Source: a virus. From it: DNA of 64,000 nucleotides. The notes beneath the pieces are model-generated. The model searched no databases. It was not told the origin of the DNA and saw nothing but the letters and a program-made list of their open reading frames with translations. Of this stretch, positions 35,797 to 46,143 are shown in pieces. The stretch covers positions 30,865-94,864 of IMG/VR virus record IMGVR_UViG_3300020579_000006. One strand, given 5' to 3'. The translations under genes and the position numbers were made by a program. Positions within the stretch are counted from its first letter, which is position 1. Each line of letters begins with the position of its first letter.

Positions 35797-36454
35797 TTCG
35801 GCTCAAGAAGAACTAGCTAGCGAACAAGCAGCTTTTTATAAAACTTTGACTGCGGACTATGCTACACAGTTTGCTCAACAAAGTGCGATTCTTAGTTCTT
35901 TAAATACCGCTTTTCAACCTATCATAGAAGGTGGAATAGGTCAGTACGGGTTTACACCTCAAGAAGATACGTCTATTCGTACAAGTGCTTCGGATTCTAT
36001 TGCTCAGAACTTCGCTAGCGCTCAAACCGCACTAAACGAAAATATAGCATCTCGTGGTGGTGGAAACACGTTCCTACCTTCCGGTGCTACTTCTCAGCTA
36101 GAAGCAGGGCTATTAAGCTCGGAGGCTTCTCAGCAAGCGTCTACTTCTAATCAAATTACTCAGGCTGGATATCAACAAGGCCGTCAGAACTTTTTGTCTG
36201 CTGCCGGTATTCTCGGCGGTGTAGCTAGCCAATATAATCCGACCGGATACGCTGGTGTAGGTAATACCGCTGGTCAGGATGCGTTTAGTTCCGCTACTAC
36301 TCTTTATAACCAAGGTAATGCTTGGGAAGGTATAGTTGGCGGAATTGTTGGCGGGGCCGCAGGAGCATTCTTAGGTAATCCATCTCTAGGTGGGATTCTA
36401 GGGGGTTCGGGCGGAGGCGGTATCGGAAACACCGGCGGAAATAGTGGAGAATAA
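35741..36454 (+). CDS. putative ejection (internal virion) protein
   Basis: Ala/Gln/Gly-rich with Gly-rich hydrophobic C-terminus. Confidence 0.55.
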   Translation: MKKPYQLVWKSPQPLMKGSSAQEELASEQAAFYKTLTADYATQFAQQSAILSSLNTAFQPIIEGGIGQYGFTPQEDTSIRTSASDSIAQNFASAQTALNENIASRGGGNTFLPSGATSQLEAGLLSSEASQQASTSNQITQAGYQQGRQNFLSAAGILGGVASQYNPTGYAGVGNTAGQDAFSSATTLYNQGNAWEGIVGGIVGGAAGAFLGNPSLGGILGGSGGGGIGNTGGNSGE

Positions 36455-36459
36455 ACAAC

Positions 36460-36852
36460 ATGGCCGTTAGACGTTTAGAGGCCCTTGTAGATGCGGTGTG
36501 CGACCTATTCGGAGGTATGTATCCGGGTTCGGAAGCATACAATCTTCGTAATCCTTTACTTGTGAAATCCTGGGCGCGGGCGGGTAAACATGAGATTGAC
36601 GAACAAGGTCGTCGTGTGTTTTCTTCTTTTCTTAATGGCTATAAGGCTGGCTTATACGATATCGAGCTTAAAGCTCGGGGTACTTCTCGGGCGAACGTAT
36701 CGCCGGACAGTCCGCTTTCTGATTTATTACTTTGCTACCAAATCGAAAATCGAGCCAGTCAGCAAAAAGTAGTGAGTTTTCTAAAACGTGCGCTAAATGA
36801 TGAGTCGATTTCTATTAATACACCCGTAAGCTTTTTCGTGGAGTCTAATTAA
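36460..36852 (+). CDS. hypothetical virion-associated protein
   Basis: RNPL...RVFSSFLNG, within ejection module. Confidence 0.4.
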   Translation: MAVRRLEALVDAVCDLFGGMYPGSEAYNLRNPLLVKSWARAGKHEIDEQGRRVFSSFLNGYKAGLYDIELKARGTSRANVSPDSPLSDLLLCYQIENRASQQKVVSFLKRALNDESISINTPVSFFVESN

Positions 36853-38630
36853 TGCCTGATGCAGCCATTGATACACAGCAAGGTCCGGACACAACAGCTT
36901 CAGTTCAACCCGAACAAACGAGTGATATGCCTGTTGGTAGTCAGTTACAAGAACCGCAACAGCCTTCTGCTATTCAGGGAAGTATTAATGCGGGTCAAAC
37001 TACGGGTCCAGTTTCCGGACAATCCGCTCCTCCTGACCAGGCGTTGGTCAGTCACGTTTCTAAGTTAGCTCAACTAGGTCACGTAGCTTCTAGATTACTA
37101 GGTGAACAACAGTACCAGTATCAGGTAGACCCAAAAACCGGTAAGACCGTGGCTATTCCGGTTAAACAAAAACCCGGAGAAGTATTCAGACACATAGTAG
37201 CAGGCGCTATTCTTGGCGGAATGTCTAGTGCGGGTGAAAAACACATTGGACCCGGAATCGTCAAAGGTACTGAAGTAGTAACCGCTCGCAATGACCAGCA
37301 AGCCGCAATCGCACGTCAACAGACTCAGCAACAGTATCAAAATCAATTAGCGGCACAAAAAGAACAGAGAGAACAATCAGCTTTTAAAACAGAAGAAGAT
37401 TTAAAAAGAATAGAAATGGCGCATTACAATGCCACTATTGCGGAAACCGCAACCAGAATCCAAGGTCAATCCGCCGAGTTACACCAAAAATTGGCGGATA
37501 GTGGAAAAGTAGAACTACAGTCGTGGTTAGATTCTGGGGTTAAACCTCCACATTCAAATGTGTCTGAAAGTGAAATGACTCAGTTTCTTAAAGACCATCC
37601 AGGTGCTAGTAGTAATGTACAGTGGTTTCCTTCAGGCATGAGATACGGTTTAGATAAAAACGGCAATCCTACATATGAAAACTCTTTTACGGCTATAGAT
37701 TCGAACGCCAAAGTAAAAGTCACACAGGCCCAGATAGACCAGTGGAAAAAAGTGGGTGTAGATAAACATAGTGATTCTCTTTTTGACCCGCAATTTATAA
37801 AAGCGGGTCGTGAAATAGATGCGTCTACTATGCGGGCTTTACAGCGTCAGTATCAGGTACTATATAACCGGGATTTAAAAGAACAAACCGACAAATCAGA
37901 TATTGCTGAAAAGAATGCTAAAACGAGCCAGTATTTGGCCGCTGCCGCTCGCGACCGAGCAGAAACTACTAAACTCGGAAAAGAAAGCAAGCAAGCCGAA
38001 GTGTTTTCAGACGCTCTTAAAGAACTAAGTTCTGAAAAAGTGAATGGAAACTGGGACGCACTATCTCCAGGTTCTAAACTTGTTTTAGGAGAGTCCGCTA
38101 ATAAAATGATGGCTGATGATATTTCTGGATACAAAGCGGCTCTTGCTCAACCAGGACATGACGAAGAAGCTCAAAAGTTTTTAGCTGATTATCAGTTTTG
38201 GCAAACTCTCGCTCAAAAATCTGTGGTTCAAAAACCACCTCCTCCACCTCCAGGAGAAACTCCTGTTGACACTTCTACCCCAGAAGGCAAGGCTATAGCT
38301 AATTTTCGTGAATCTGAAAAATCAGATGTAGCGGCTAAACAAAAAGCAGAAGCGGATAAGGTACAAGCTCGGCTAGAAAGACCGGCTGAAAAACCAGTTC
38401 TTCCGGTCCTAGGACCTAGGGCGTTTCCTCTGCCTAATCCTGCCTACGATGCTACAGAAGCATATTTAGCTAAACATCCTGAACTTAGTCCGGCACAACG
38501 AGCTGCGGTACGTAAAAACGCAACTGCTGTGGTTAAAGTTCAGATACCAGGACAACCTGCCGGTCAGATACCTAGAAATCAATTAGAAGCTTTTAAGAAA
38601 GCAAATCCTAAAGCTGTTATTATAGAGTAA
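36852..38630 (+). CDS. putative ejection protein
   Basis: 592 aa, Gln-rich coiled coil with a short hydrophobic Gly/Ala segment. Confidence 0.55.
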   Translation: MPDAAIDTQQGPDTTASVQPEQTSDMPVGSQLQEPQQPSAIQGSINAGQTTGPVSGQSAPPDQALVSHVSKLAQLGHVASRLLGEQQYQYQVDPKTGKTVAIPVKQKPGEVFRHIVAGAILGGMSSAGEKHIGPGIVKGTEVVTARNDQQAAIARQQTQQQYQNQLAAQKEQREQSAFKTEEDLKRIEMAHYNATIAETATRIQGQSAELHQKLADSGKVELQSWLDSGVKPPHSNVSESEMTQFLKDHPGASSNVQWFPSGMRYGLDKNGNPTYENSFTAIDSNAKVKVTQAQIDQWKKVGVDKHSDSLFDPQFIKAGREIDASTMRALQRQYQVLYNRDLKEQTDKSDIAEKNAKTSQYLAAAARDRAETTKLGKESKQAEVFSDALKELSSEKVNGNWDALSPGSKLVLGESANKMMADDISGYKAALAQPGHDEEAQKFLADYQFWQTLAQKSVVQKPPPPPPGETPVDTSTPEGKAIANFRESEKSDVAAKQKAEADKVQARLERPAEKPVLPVLGPRAFPLPNPAYDATEAYLAKHPELSPAQRAAVRKNATAVVKVQIPGQPAGQIPRNQLEAFKKANPKAVIIE

Positions 38631-38631
38631 A

Positions 38632-41600
38632 ATGGCGGACCAAGACCCCTACGCATCGTTCGGTGGTTCGGCGGTCAAAACAGAGGTACCTAGTGCTCCT
38701 GCGCCTACTCCACAGTTAACACCATCTGGCGACCCTTATGCGAGTTTTGGGGGTCATGCTATAAGTTCGTCTGCATCGTCAAAACCCGCCTCTGACCCAT
38801 ATGCAGAATTTGGGGGTAGTTATAGTCCGGGAACTGAACAATCTCCTAAGAAGTATGAAACCGGCAATCCCAATATGCCTTGGTACGAGCGGGCATGGGA
38901 CTGGGCAAACACCCCATTAGTAAATCTGAATTCTGAAAATAAAGGCGGGTTTGTTGGCGGAACCGAAGACGTGGTTTCCGGTCTAACTAGCCCTCTTTCC
39001 ATCGGCCTCACTGTCGCAACTCTCGGCGGTGGGGCTTTATTGCGTGGACTCGGTTTAGCCGCAGAGGAGCTTCCGGTCGCAGTACGGGGTTTGAAAGCCC
39101 TCGTAGATGCCGGTTTTACCGCACAGGGAGCCTTGCAGGCGGCCAAAGAGTCGCCTCGGGTACTAGATGCCCTAAAAGAGGGAGATTACGACACAGCGAA
39201 GCGCCTAGCGGTTCATGTGCTTGCCGGGGGTGCGGTTGCTACTTTAGGGGCTAGAGAAGCATTCCACTATGATGCTCCTATGCTAAACCCGCTACTAGAA
39301 AAAGCGGGTACTAAGTTCCGGTTTTCAGAAGAGAATCTGAAATTAAGAAGGGAAGAAGGTATCCGCCAAAGAGAACAACAAGCAGGTGCTGCAGAGGGAA
39401 GATTATACAAAGCTGCCCAAGAAAAGAAGTACAAAGAACTCGACGATATTTCCAGAGCCGGTACTGGCAAACTAATGGAAGCCGGGTTAAACACTAACCA
39501 AATAGGAAGACATCTTAATTATCTTTTGGATGCTGCCGGTCGGTCAGATGAAAAGGTGCCGGTTGTTAGTCCGGAAAATGAACTTCGAACCCCCGAACAA
39601 ATAGCTGACCGTCATGGTATACCGTATCGAGGAGAGGTTTCTCCTGGAACGGGGGTGCATGATTTTCAAGCCCCTGACGGCGGGTCGATAGGTCTCCGCC
39701 CGGAAGAACTAACGGACAAATTTGTAAAAGAAAAATTAGCAAGACGTAAAGAAGAAATTAATCCTGCTAATTTAGACCCTGCTTTAGCTGCTAAAAAGCC
39801 TGTCACTATAGAAGAAGAAGCTCAAGCATCTCCCCGACTTCCTAATCCTGATGAAGCAGATACCCCCCAAGAGGAATCTCGATATCAAGAACTAGCAGAC
39901 CAACAACTTCTTAAAAACTCGAAAAACTATAATCAAAAACAACTAGACCGTTTAATCGATATTTATAAGGCGGCATATAAACCATCCCCATTAATGCAAG
40001 AATTAGCCAGAGACAGCCGTCTTAAACTAGATGAGATGTATGAAATAAATCACCAAAAAGGGGTGGTGTCGAGTTTCATAGAAAACTATCTTAGTCATAG
40101 ATGGGCGAAAGACCTAGACAACCCTGCGGCTAATACTTTAATGCACGATGCTAAAAGTGGTTACTTTGAAACCCGAGGGTCTATGGGTATGCATCGAGTT
40201 TTTAGAAACGCGTTTGAGGGAGAACTTCTAGGTCGAAGACTAGATATCGACGACCCGATAGATATAGTTGCTCATCACATAGCTAAATCCAGAGAAATTA
40301 TAGCTAACCGGGATATGCTCGATAGAATTACAGGTACGGAAGTTACCGACCCCGCTACTGGTAATAAAATACCGTATCCTGAATTACGAGCTTCTGACGG
40401 TCGTCCTGCTACTGCTTTATCCGGAACCGGACAGTTAGTAGAGGAAGACGGTAAAAACCCGGCTTTGTTATTAGACGGTAATAAAATGCGTCCTATCCAA
40501 ATGACTGATGCTAAAGTAGAAGAATTAAAGGCCACAGGTACTCTAGATAAACTTATCTCGGATGGCACTATTCTTAGACTCGAACACGAAGGAGAGAAAC
40601 CTATTTATAAATGGAGTACTAAAGATTATAGGGTTATTCCTCACTCGGCGTTCTCGAACTGGAACTTCGGTGCCCACGCTCCAGACGGCACTCCTGCTTT
40701 TGTGAAATCTGAACTTAGGGTACATCCTGAGTTTTATGATTATTTAAATAAACTAATTAATCCCGAAAAACCAGGACCATTAGTAGGCGCTGCTCTTAAA
40801 GCAGGCAGCGTTCTTAAGCACACTATCCTATCTTTTTCGCCGTTTCACATAGCTCAAGAAGGATTAAGAGCTTTAATGACCGGTATCAATCCATTCAAAG
40901 TAGATATAGCCGACATACACGGCGATGATATGCTGAGACGTGGTGCAGAAGAAGGCGCTACTTTTTATCCAGATAAAACTACAGAAGCCCAATACCAAGA
41001 TGGACTCGCTAGTGGACCCGATTCATTATTTAAGAAAGTACCACTTTTAGGTACTACTCAAGCTCATCTACAAAAATTCCTCTTTGAACAATACATACCA
41101 TCATTAAAAGGTCGTGCTTTTAAAGCTTTAATGGACCGCTATGGAAAACGACTAGACAACGCAGAAACCTTTGCTAAACTAAAAGAAGACCGTTCAGACA
41201 TGGCCGGTTATGACAAAGTACGAGCAGCGGCTAGACTCGCCGCCGAAGACGTTAACGAGCGTTTTGGCGGATTAAACTATCGCCAATTTGGACGTTCAGC
41301 GGCTACACAAGATTTTCTTAAACTAGCGACCCTCGCGCCTGACTGGATGGAATCTGAAGTCCGGTTTGCTAAGAGACTATTTACTCCTGGTATTCAAGGA
41401 GCGGTAGCTCGTCACGATATGGTGGCGTTCACTGCCGCTATGTGGGGGGCCGCTAGAATTCTAAATCTTATTACGAGCGGCAAACCACATCTCGAAGCTC
41501 CGTTTGGGGTAGCTACCACAGATTCTGAAGGCCGCGAAAAGATTTATTCAATGCGGACTCTACCGGGAGATATTATGCATGCCGTCTCTGACCCCGCAGG

Positions 41601-42291
41601 TTTTATTAAAGGTCGCATTAGTCCATTAGGCAGAATAGCGTCTGAAGTTTATACCGGTCGGGACAGTCTCGGTCGTAAACAATCTGGTTTTGGTACTCTA
41701 GTAGATTTAGGCAGTCAGGTGTTGCCGATTCCTGCTCAAGCTGGTTTAAACGCTCTACGTGGTCAATCACCAGATTTAACTAACGTAGACCAAGGTGTTA
41801 AAGCTTTAGGCGGTACGGCTACAGTCTACAGAACTCAAGCACAAACAAAAGCGGCCCAACTCGCATCTGAAAAGAGCGAATCAGGCCCAGTTGACCCTGC
41901 ACAGTTACGGAAGCACCATGCTTTAATCGAGTTTGAAGACCGGTTACGGTCAGGTGAAATGCCGATTACCGATATACATAAAATGGTAGAAGATGGTGCC
42001 TTACCGGTTAAAGACGCTAAAGAGATAGTAAAAAATGTAAAAGAGACGCAAGGTCTAGACCCAGAGATGGCTAGACTACACTCTAGAGCATCAAGATTAC
42101 CAATGAGCGATTTCCTACAAGTCTATGATTTAGCTACAAACGATGAAAAAATGGCACTGGTGAAACTATTGCTCAAGAAAAAAGCCACGTACTTTAAGAA
42201 GATTGCTACAGAAACAACTCCTCAAGAGCGGCTTAGTGACCCAACTTACAACCGGCTAAGAAAATTATTTCCTCAAGCAGAACCGTGGTAA
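38632..42291 (+). CDS. large ejection/internal virion protein
   Basis: 1219 aa, N-terminal DPYA(S/E)FGG x3, helical Ala/Gly-rich, last gene of structural arm. Confidence 0.6.
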   Translation: MADQDPYASFGGSAVKTEVPSAPAPTPQLTPSGDPYASFGGHAISSSASSKPASDPYAEFGGSYSPGTEQSPKKYETGNPNMPWYERAWDWANTPLVNLNSENKGGFVGGTEDVVSGLTSPLSIGLTVATLGGGALLRGLGLAAEELPVAVRGLKALVDAGFTAQGALQAAKESPRVLDALKEGDYDTAKRLAVHVLAGGAVATLGAREAFHYDAPMLNPLLEKAGTKFRFSEENLKLRREEGIRQREQQAGAAEGRLYKAAQEKKYKELDDISRAGTGKLMEAGLNTNQIGRHLNYLLDAAGRSDEKVPVVSPENELRTPEQIADRHGIPYRGEVSPGTGVHDFQAPDGGSIGLRPEELTDKFVKEKLARRKEEINPANLDPALAAKKPVTIEEEAQASPRLPNPDEADTPQEESRYQELADQQLLKNSKNYNQKQLDRLIDIYKAAYKPSPLMQELARDSRLKLDEMYEINHQKGVVSSFIENYLSHRWAKDLDNPAANTLMHDAKSGYFETRGSMGMHRVFRNAFEGELLGRRLDIDDPIDIVAHHIAKSREIIANRDMLDRITGTEVTDPATGNKIPYPELRASDGRPATALSGTGQLVEEDGKNPALLLDGNKMRPIQMTDAKVEELKATGTLDKLISDGTILRLEHEGEKPIYKWSTKDYRVIPHSAFSNWNFGAHAPDGTPAFVKSELRVHPEFYDYLNKLINPEKPGPLVGAALKAGSVLKHTILSFSPFHIAQEGLRALMTGINPFKVDIADIHGDDMLRRGAEEGATFYPDKTTEAQYQDGLASGPDSLFKKVPLLGTTQAHLQKFLFEQYIPSLKGRAFKALMDRYGKRLDNAETFAKLKEDRSDMAGYDKVRAAARLAAEDVNERFGGLNYRQFGRSAATQDFLKLATLAPDWMESEVRFAKRLFTPGIQGAVARHDMVAFTAAMWGAARILNLITSGKPHLEAPFGVATTDSEGREKIYSMRTLPGDIMHAVSDPAGFIKGRISPLGRIASEVYTGRDSLGRKQSGFGTLVDLGSQVLPIPAQAGLNALRGQSPDLTNVDQGVKALGGTATVYRTQAQTKAAQLASEKSESGPVDPAQLRKHHALIEFEDRLRSGEMPITDIHKMVEDGALPVKDAKEIVKNVKETQGLDPEMARLHSRASRLPMSDFLQVYDLATNDEKMALVKLLLKKKATYFKKIATETTPQERLSDPTYNRLRKLFPQAEPW

Positions 42292-42893
42292 CGTTTTTTC
42301 TGACTTTCACTCATTTTCTTTCGAGTCATTTCTGAGTGAAATTTCCCGAGTCGGTGTTTATTTCCCAACTGTGTTCCCGTTACAACGGCACTAATTTTCT
42401 TTTTTGTTTCTTCAGAGTGCGGTAGACCGGTTCTACTTTTATTACCCATGTGGGATAAACTCATTTGATGTTTAGATTCTTCAGTATGAGTCTTACCATA
42501 AAACGGATTCTTATCCCCTGTGTGTCCAAACATGGGATGTTTTTTCCCTTGCAGAGACTCACGTATTTTTTGCCTAGTTTCCAGATTAGGAATAACTCCG
42601 TCTCCACCCATAGTACTGTTGTAGCCAATTTCGGGTTTATAGGACCAAGTAATTGCTATGTACCAACTCTCCAACCAATTCGCTTGTTGTTCATTTTCCG
42701 TACAATCAAGTTCTTTGATAGTGAAGTTTTCTGGTCCGTACTTAGAAAGAGCGTTATAAAAGTAAATATTTCTATACTTTTTAACTTTCGTGTCTCTTTT
42801 ATGCCAAACCCATCTTTGCTCTAAAGTTTTAGATGTTTTACCTATATAGCTTTTACCATTAATTTGGTTGGTTATTTTATAGATTTTAAACAT
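42273..42893 (-). CDS. GIY-YIG/NUMOD3 homing endonuclease at the convergent junction
   Basis: MFKIYKITNQINGKSYIGKT, NUMOD3 repeats. Confidence 0.85.
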   Translation of the reverse strand: MFKIYKITNQINGKSYIGKTSKTLEQRWVWHKRDTKVKKYRNIYFYNALSKYGPENFTIKELDCTENEQQANWLESWYIAITWSYKPEIGYNSTMGGDGVIPNLETRQKIRESLQGKKHPMFGHTGDKNPFYGKTHTEESKHQMSLSHMGNKSRTGLPHSEETKKKISAVVTGTQLGNKHRLGKFHSEMTRKKMSESQKKRYHGSA

Positions 42894-43841
42894 ATTTAGT
42901 CGTTCTAGCAGGAATAAATGGGCTTTGCTTATACTTCTGGCCGTCAATGATAAGGTAGTTGTGTTCGGAGAAAACTGAACCGTCTATTAGTAGAATCTCA
43001 TCTACTGTTAAATCTTCTATCATGTCTGCTACATCGAAAGGATGGATATACTCATATTCTCCGGGTTTTCCGGTTAACTGGTTAATTATCTCAGTTTGAG
43101 TTTTTACAGAATCTCGAAGATATTCTATTTCTCTCAACAACTCGCGTTTTTCTTGAACCCACAGCATTGGCTCTGTGGGTTTTTCATTTTCGTTCACTTT
43201 CCGGACTCCTAACGTGTCGTCTCCAAAGGCTTCAAAACTACGAGCGGTGCATATGAAAATCCGTAATAGCGAAATCTCGCATCTTCCAAAGGTACTTCAG
43301 CATGAGTACGAAAACTCAAAGGCTGCATAGCATCTCCTTCTTTACGGGCGATTACTTGGCCATCATTATCTAATAGGTCAATTCGAACTAGCATATCCGA
43401 GTTTCACTAAAATCAGAGAGATTTTATTTTTAACTGTGTTTGTTTCTTTTTCAATTTTATCTAATTCTTTTTTATCTATTTTATCTGAATTAAGAATGTT
43501 TAAGATGTTGTCTAGTTTACCAAAAGCAAACCCAAATTCTTTCAATATCTCATCGCTATGTTTTATCACAATTATATCCTTTCCGTTAAAAATTATTAAG
43601 TCTCCTACAGTATACTTCACAAATTCTCCTAAACTTCGGTGTTTCCGGTCTGTAGATGAACACACGGTACTAATACTTGTTTCTGTTTTAACTCGGGTGT
43701 TTCTCCGAAACAGAGAGTACATAACATCGCGTCCATTTGACGACGGCGGGTTTTCCATCCCTCTTCAGTATAATTAATATATTCTCCACAATATGCCGGG
43801 ATATCGGCTTCGCATTTTTTACACTTAAATATGTATAACAC
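42886..43841 (-). CDS. four small hypothetical proteins (42886-43197, 43209-43394, 43378-43620, 43629-43841 Zn ribbon)
   Basis: SD-preceded tandem ORFs. Confidence 0.5.
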
Positions 43842-43865
43842 TGCTCTCCTAAACCTTTAAACTTC

Positions 43866-44041
43866 GGCGCTCTGCAAATTCATATCGAGTTTTTAAACAG
43901 TATTAGCTAGCCATCGAAGAGGCAGCCAAGTTAAAGGAATCCCCTTTATTATGGCCGTCGTCCCTCCGAAATATCCGTTTACCGGACAAACCGGATTATG
44001 CCTAACCCGGCTCCGAGTTCGAGTAAAACCGGCAAAGCGCC
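43866..44041 (-). ncRNA. candidate structured non-coding RNA (~176 nt)
   Basis: 10-bp closing stem GGCGCTTTGC/GCAGAGCGCC plus nested helices in the longest gap between canonical ORFs on this arm. Confidence 0.45.
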
Positions 44042-44066
44042 TCGTTACTTCTCCTACCTGAGAAGA

Positions 44067-44480
44067 CTACAAAATCCTCCGTTTATGTTTTCGTTCTAAA
44101 AAGTAAAGAGCATCCGGCCATGTCTCGAAGTGCCGAACGTCCGAAAGATTATGGAATATATTTTCTTTAGGGCCGACTACAACAATGGGTTTTCTGATGC
44201 CGAGTGCGTAGCCAAACTCAACGTGATGACCGCCCCGTAAAGTAGCCACAGTCGGGTCTACTGAGAAAAACACCATCAGGTTTGCCTGACTTAGTTCGAG
44301 TAAATTCCGGTAAGCGTATTCAGTAATTAGTTCTGGCGCTACTTCACTCATTTGAGTATTCGGAGCGTGGGGTTCTTCCATCCAAGTTGAGGTTACTTGT
44401 ATGCCTTTTCCTCGTAGTTCATCGGCTACTTTTTTCATCAGGTGTTTTTGTGAATATTGGTTAGCGATATAGATTTTCAA
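44067..44480 (-). CDS. nucleoside 2-deoxyribosyltransferase-like protein
   Basis: KIYIA...GGHHVEFGYALG..KPIVVVG motif. Confidence 0.6.
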   Translation of the reverse strand: MKIYIANQYSQKHLMKKVADELRGKGIQVTSTWMEEPHAPNTQMSEVAPELITEYAYRNLLELSQANLMVFFSVDPTVATLRGGHHVEFGYALGIRKPIVVVGPKENIFHNLSDVRHFETWPDALYFLERKHKRRIL

Positions 44481-44489
44481 GTTAACCTC

Positions 44490-44630
44490 CTAGAATGTTA
44501 CTGAAGCGGTCAGTGTAGCGGCTGAACCCCAATATATTGCTCGTCGATAATCCTTAGCAAACAAATATCCTACACAAGCGCTAATACTAATTACTATACT
44601 CACACAAGATAGAAACCTTCCCCAATTCAT
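44490..44630 (-). CDS. 46-aa membrane protein
   Basis: MNWGRFLSCVSIVISISACVGYLFAKDYRRAIYWGSAATLTASVTF (below ORF-track cutoff). Confidence 0.6.
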   Translation of the reverse strand: MNWGRFLSCVSIVISISACVGYLFAKDYRRAIYWGSAATLTASVTF

Positions 44631-44631
44631 T

Positions 44632-45225
44632 TTAACCTCTTTTCTTAATAATATCCGTAAAGTGGTCTACTGTGTAAACTCGCGGTTCGGTAGAAATTTG
44701 ATTCCAAGGGCGGTCGAGTAAATAGGCGCGGTGTCCGGAAACTGAATTACACTGAGTAACGGTTTCCTGCTTATCGTCTATGCTGAAATCTATTTCTAGT
44801 TTTTTCATTAACCCGGCTTTTTCAGATGGGTCTTTTACGATAATAGGAGTAGTTACTTCTTTATCGAAAGGATAAAGATTGTGGTCTACTAGCCAGTCGA
44901 GAGTTTGGTCGTAAGCAGTACCGCCCTCAGTATCTGGCCGTTGAGTCATAAAATAAACCGTTACTTCCGGGTTACTATGAATAAACCGGATAGCGGAATC
45001 CACGTTTGTTTTATACGCCGGTTCTCGACGCCAGAAGTTGGGAGTTTTCTTAATAACATCGAAAATCGGACCCCAGTCTTCTCGGGTCAACCCGTACATG
45101 GTATAATACCAGTCATTAGGTTGGGGGTCTGCCGGTACTTTATTAGGCCATTTTTCATTAATAATCGGTGCTACGTTAGCACCAAAATTCGCAAGTACCC
45201 CGTCAATATCGAAGCTTACTTTCAT
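44632..45225 (-). CDS. HAD-family 5'(3')-deoxyribonucleotidase-like protein
   Basis: FDIDGVLANF, IDD, RPWN motifs. Confidence 0.8.
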   Translation of the reverse strand: MKVSFDIDGVLANFGANVAPIINEKWPNKVPADPQPNDWYYTMYGLTREDWGPIFDVIKKTPNFWRREPAYKTNVDSAIRFIHSNPEVTVYFMTQRPDTEGGTAYDQTLDWLVDHNLYPFDKEVTTPIIVKDPSEKAGLMKKLEIDFSIDDKQETVTQCNSVSGHRAYLLDRPWNQISTEPRVYTVDHFTDIIKKRG

Positions 45226-45698
45226 TTATTACTCCGTTCTGCTATTACTGAATTCAGATGGTTTAAAACTTGATTAAACTGTCCATTTTCCGGACGGTCG
45301 TCAACAAGGTTTCCGGTTTCTTGGGCGTCTAGTAAAATCGCACAACAAGCGATAGCGTGTCCTAAATGATGAACCCCGCTGTCTTGTGCTAGTTCTTCCT
45401 TTGAGTCGAACCACGCGCTCAAGTGTCTCATTGCAGCGTCTATATAAATACTCGCTATTACTTTTTTTGCCCGCCAGTTATAAGGGCCGTATTTATCTGC
45501 TCCATTCATCATAGCGTGAGCACCATGCAAAACAGCTACTAAAGGCAGCTTTGAAATAGAAACTTTCTTTGCTCCTAGTAAATCTTTAGGATTAGAAGTT
45601 TCTGCTTTAGAATATTGTCCTGGTTTTATTACCATAGTTTGGTCGGGGTCTAATTTAAGATTATGTACCATACTAGAATTTGGTAATAGATTAGACAT
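45222..45698 (-). CDS. dATP/dGTP diphosphohydrolase-like protein (DUF5664)
   Basis: GADKYGPYNWR, YIDAAMRHL, DSGVHHLGHAIAC. Confidence 0.75.
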   Translation of the reverse strand: MSNLLPNSSMVHNLKLDPDQTMVIKPGQYSKAETSNPKDLLGAKKVSISKLPLVAVLHGAHAMMNGADKYGPYNWRAKKVIASIYIDAAMRHLSAWFDSKEELAQDSGVHHLGHAIACCAILLDAQETGNLVDDRPENGQFNQVLNHLNSVIAERSNK

Positions 45699-46143
45699 GC
45701 TTTAAAACCTCCTTTGACTTTATAAGATACTTTATAGCTTTTTGTAGAAGTTTAATATCGTCTTTAAAATCTCCTAGTCCTTTATTACAGGAGATGCACA
45801 GTAACCCTCTTATACATTTTCCACATATTTTGCGACCCGAACAACAACTGTGGTCGTGGTCTATCTGCCAACCTCTAGAACCAGGGTCTGTGGTCTGACA
45901 TATTCGGCACTTCCCATCTTGAGATTTTAATAGTGCCTCCCTTTTCTCTATAGAAAGATTAAATCTTTGCCTTAAATGTTTTTCAATGGCGTGATTAGGA
46001 TGTTTTTCTAAATATATTTTATGTCGTAAATTATCACAAGTTTTACAATATAGGAATACTCCTAGTATACCGTTTTTATCTTTATAAAACTCGTCTAATG
46101 GTTTCTCTCTTCCGCACTTTTTACAAACTTTTGTTTGCGTCAA
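45691..46143 (-). CDS. endonuclease VII-type HNH homing endonuclease
   Basis: QDGKCRIC...IDHDHSCC...[14 protein letters not shown]. Confidence 0.85.
   Translation of the reverse strand: MTQTKVCKKCGREKPLDEFYKDKNGILGVFLYCKTCDNLRHKIYLEKHPNHAIEKHLRQRFNLSIEKREALLKSQDGKCRICQTTDPGSRGWQIDHDHSCCSGRKICGKCIRGLLCISCNKGLGDFKDDIKLLQKAIKYLIKSKEVLKHV

Noticed and set aside
43893-44045. 50-aa ACG-start ORF after AGGAG on the minus strand
   Set aside because: No recognisable protein features and it overlaps extensive base-pairing; kept only as the alternative to the ncRNA call
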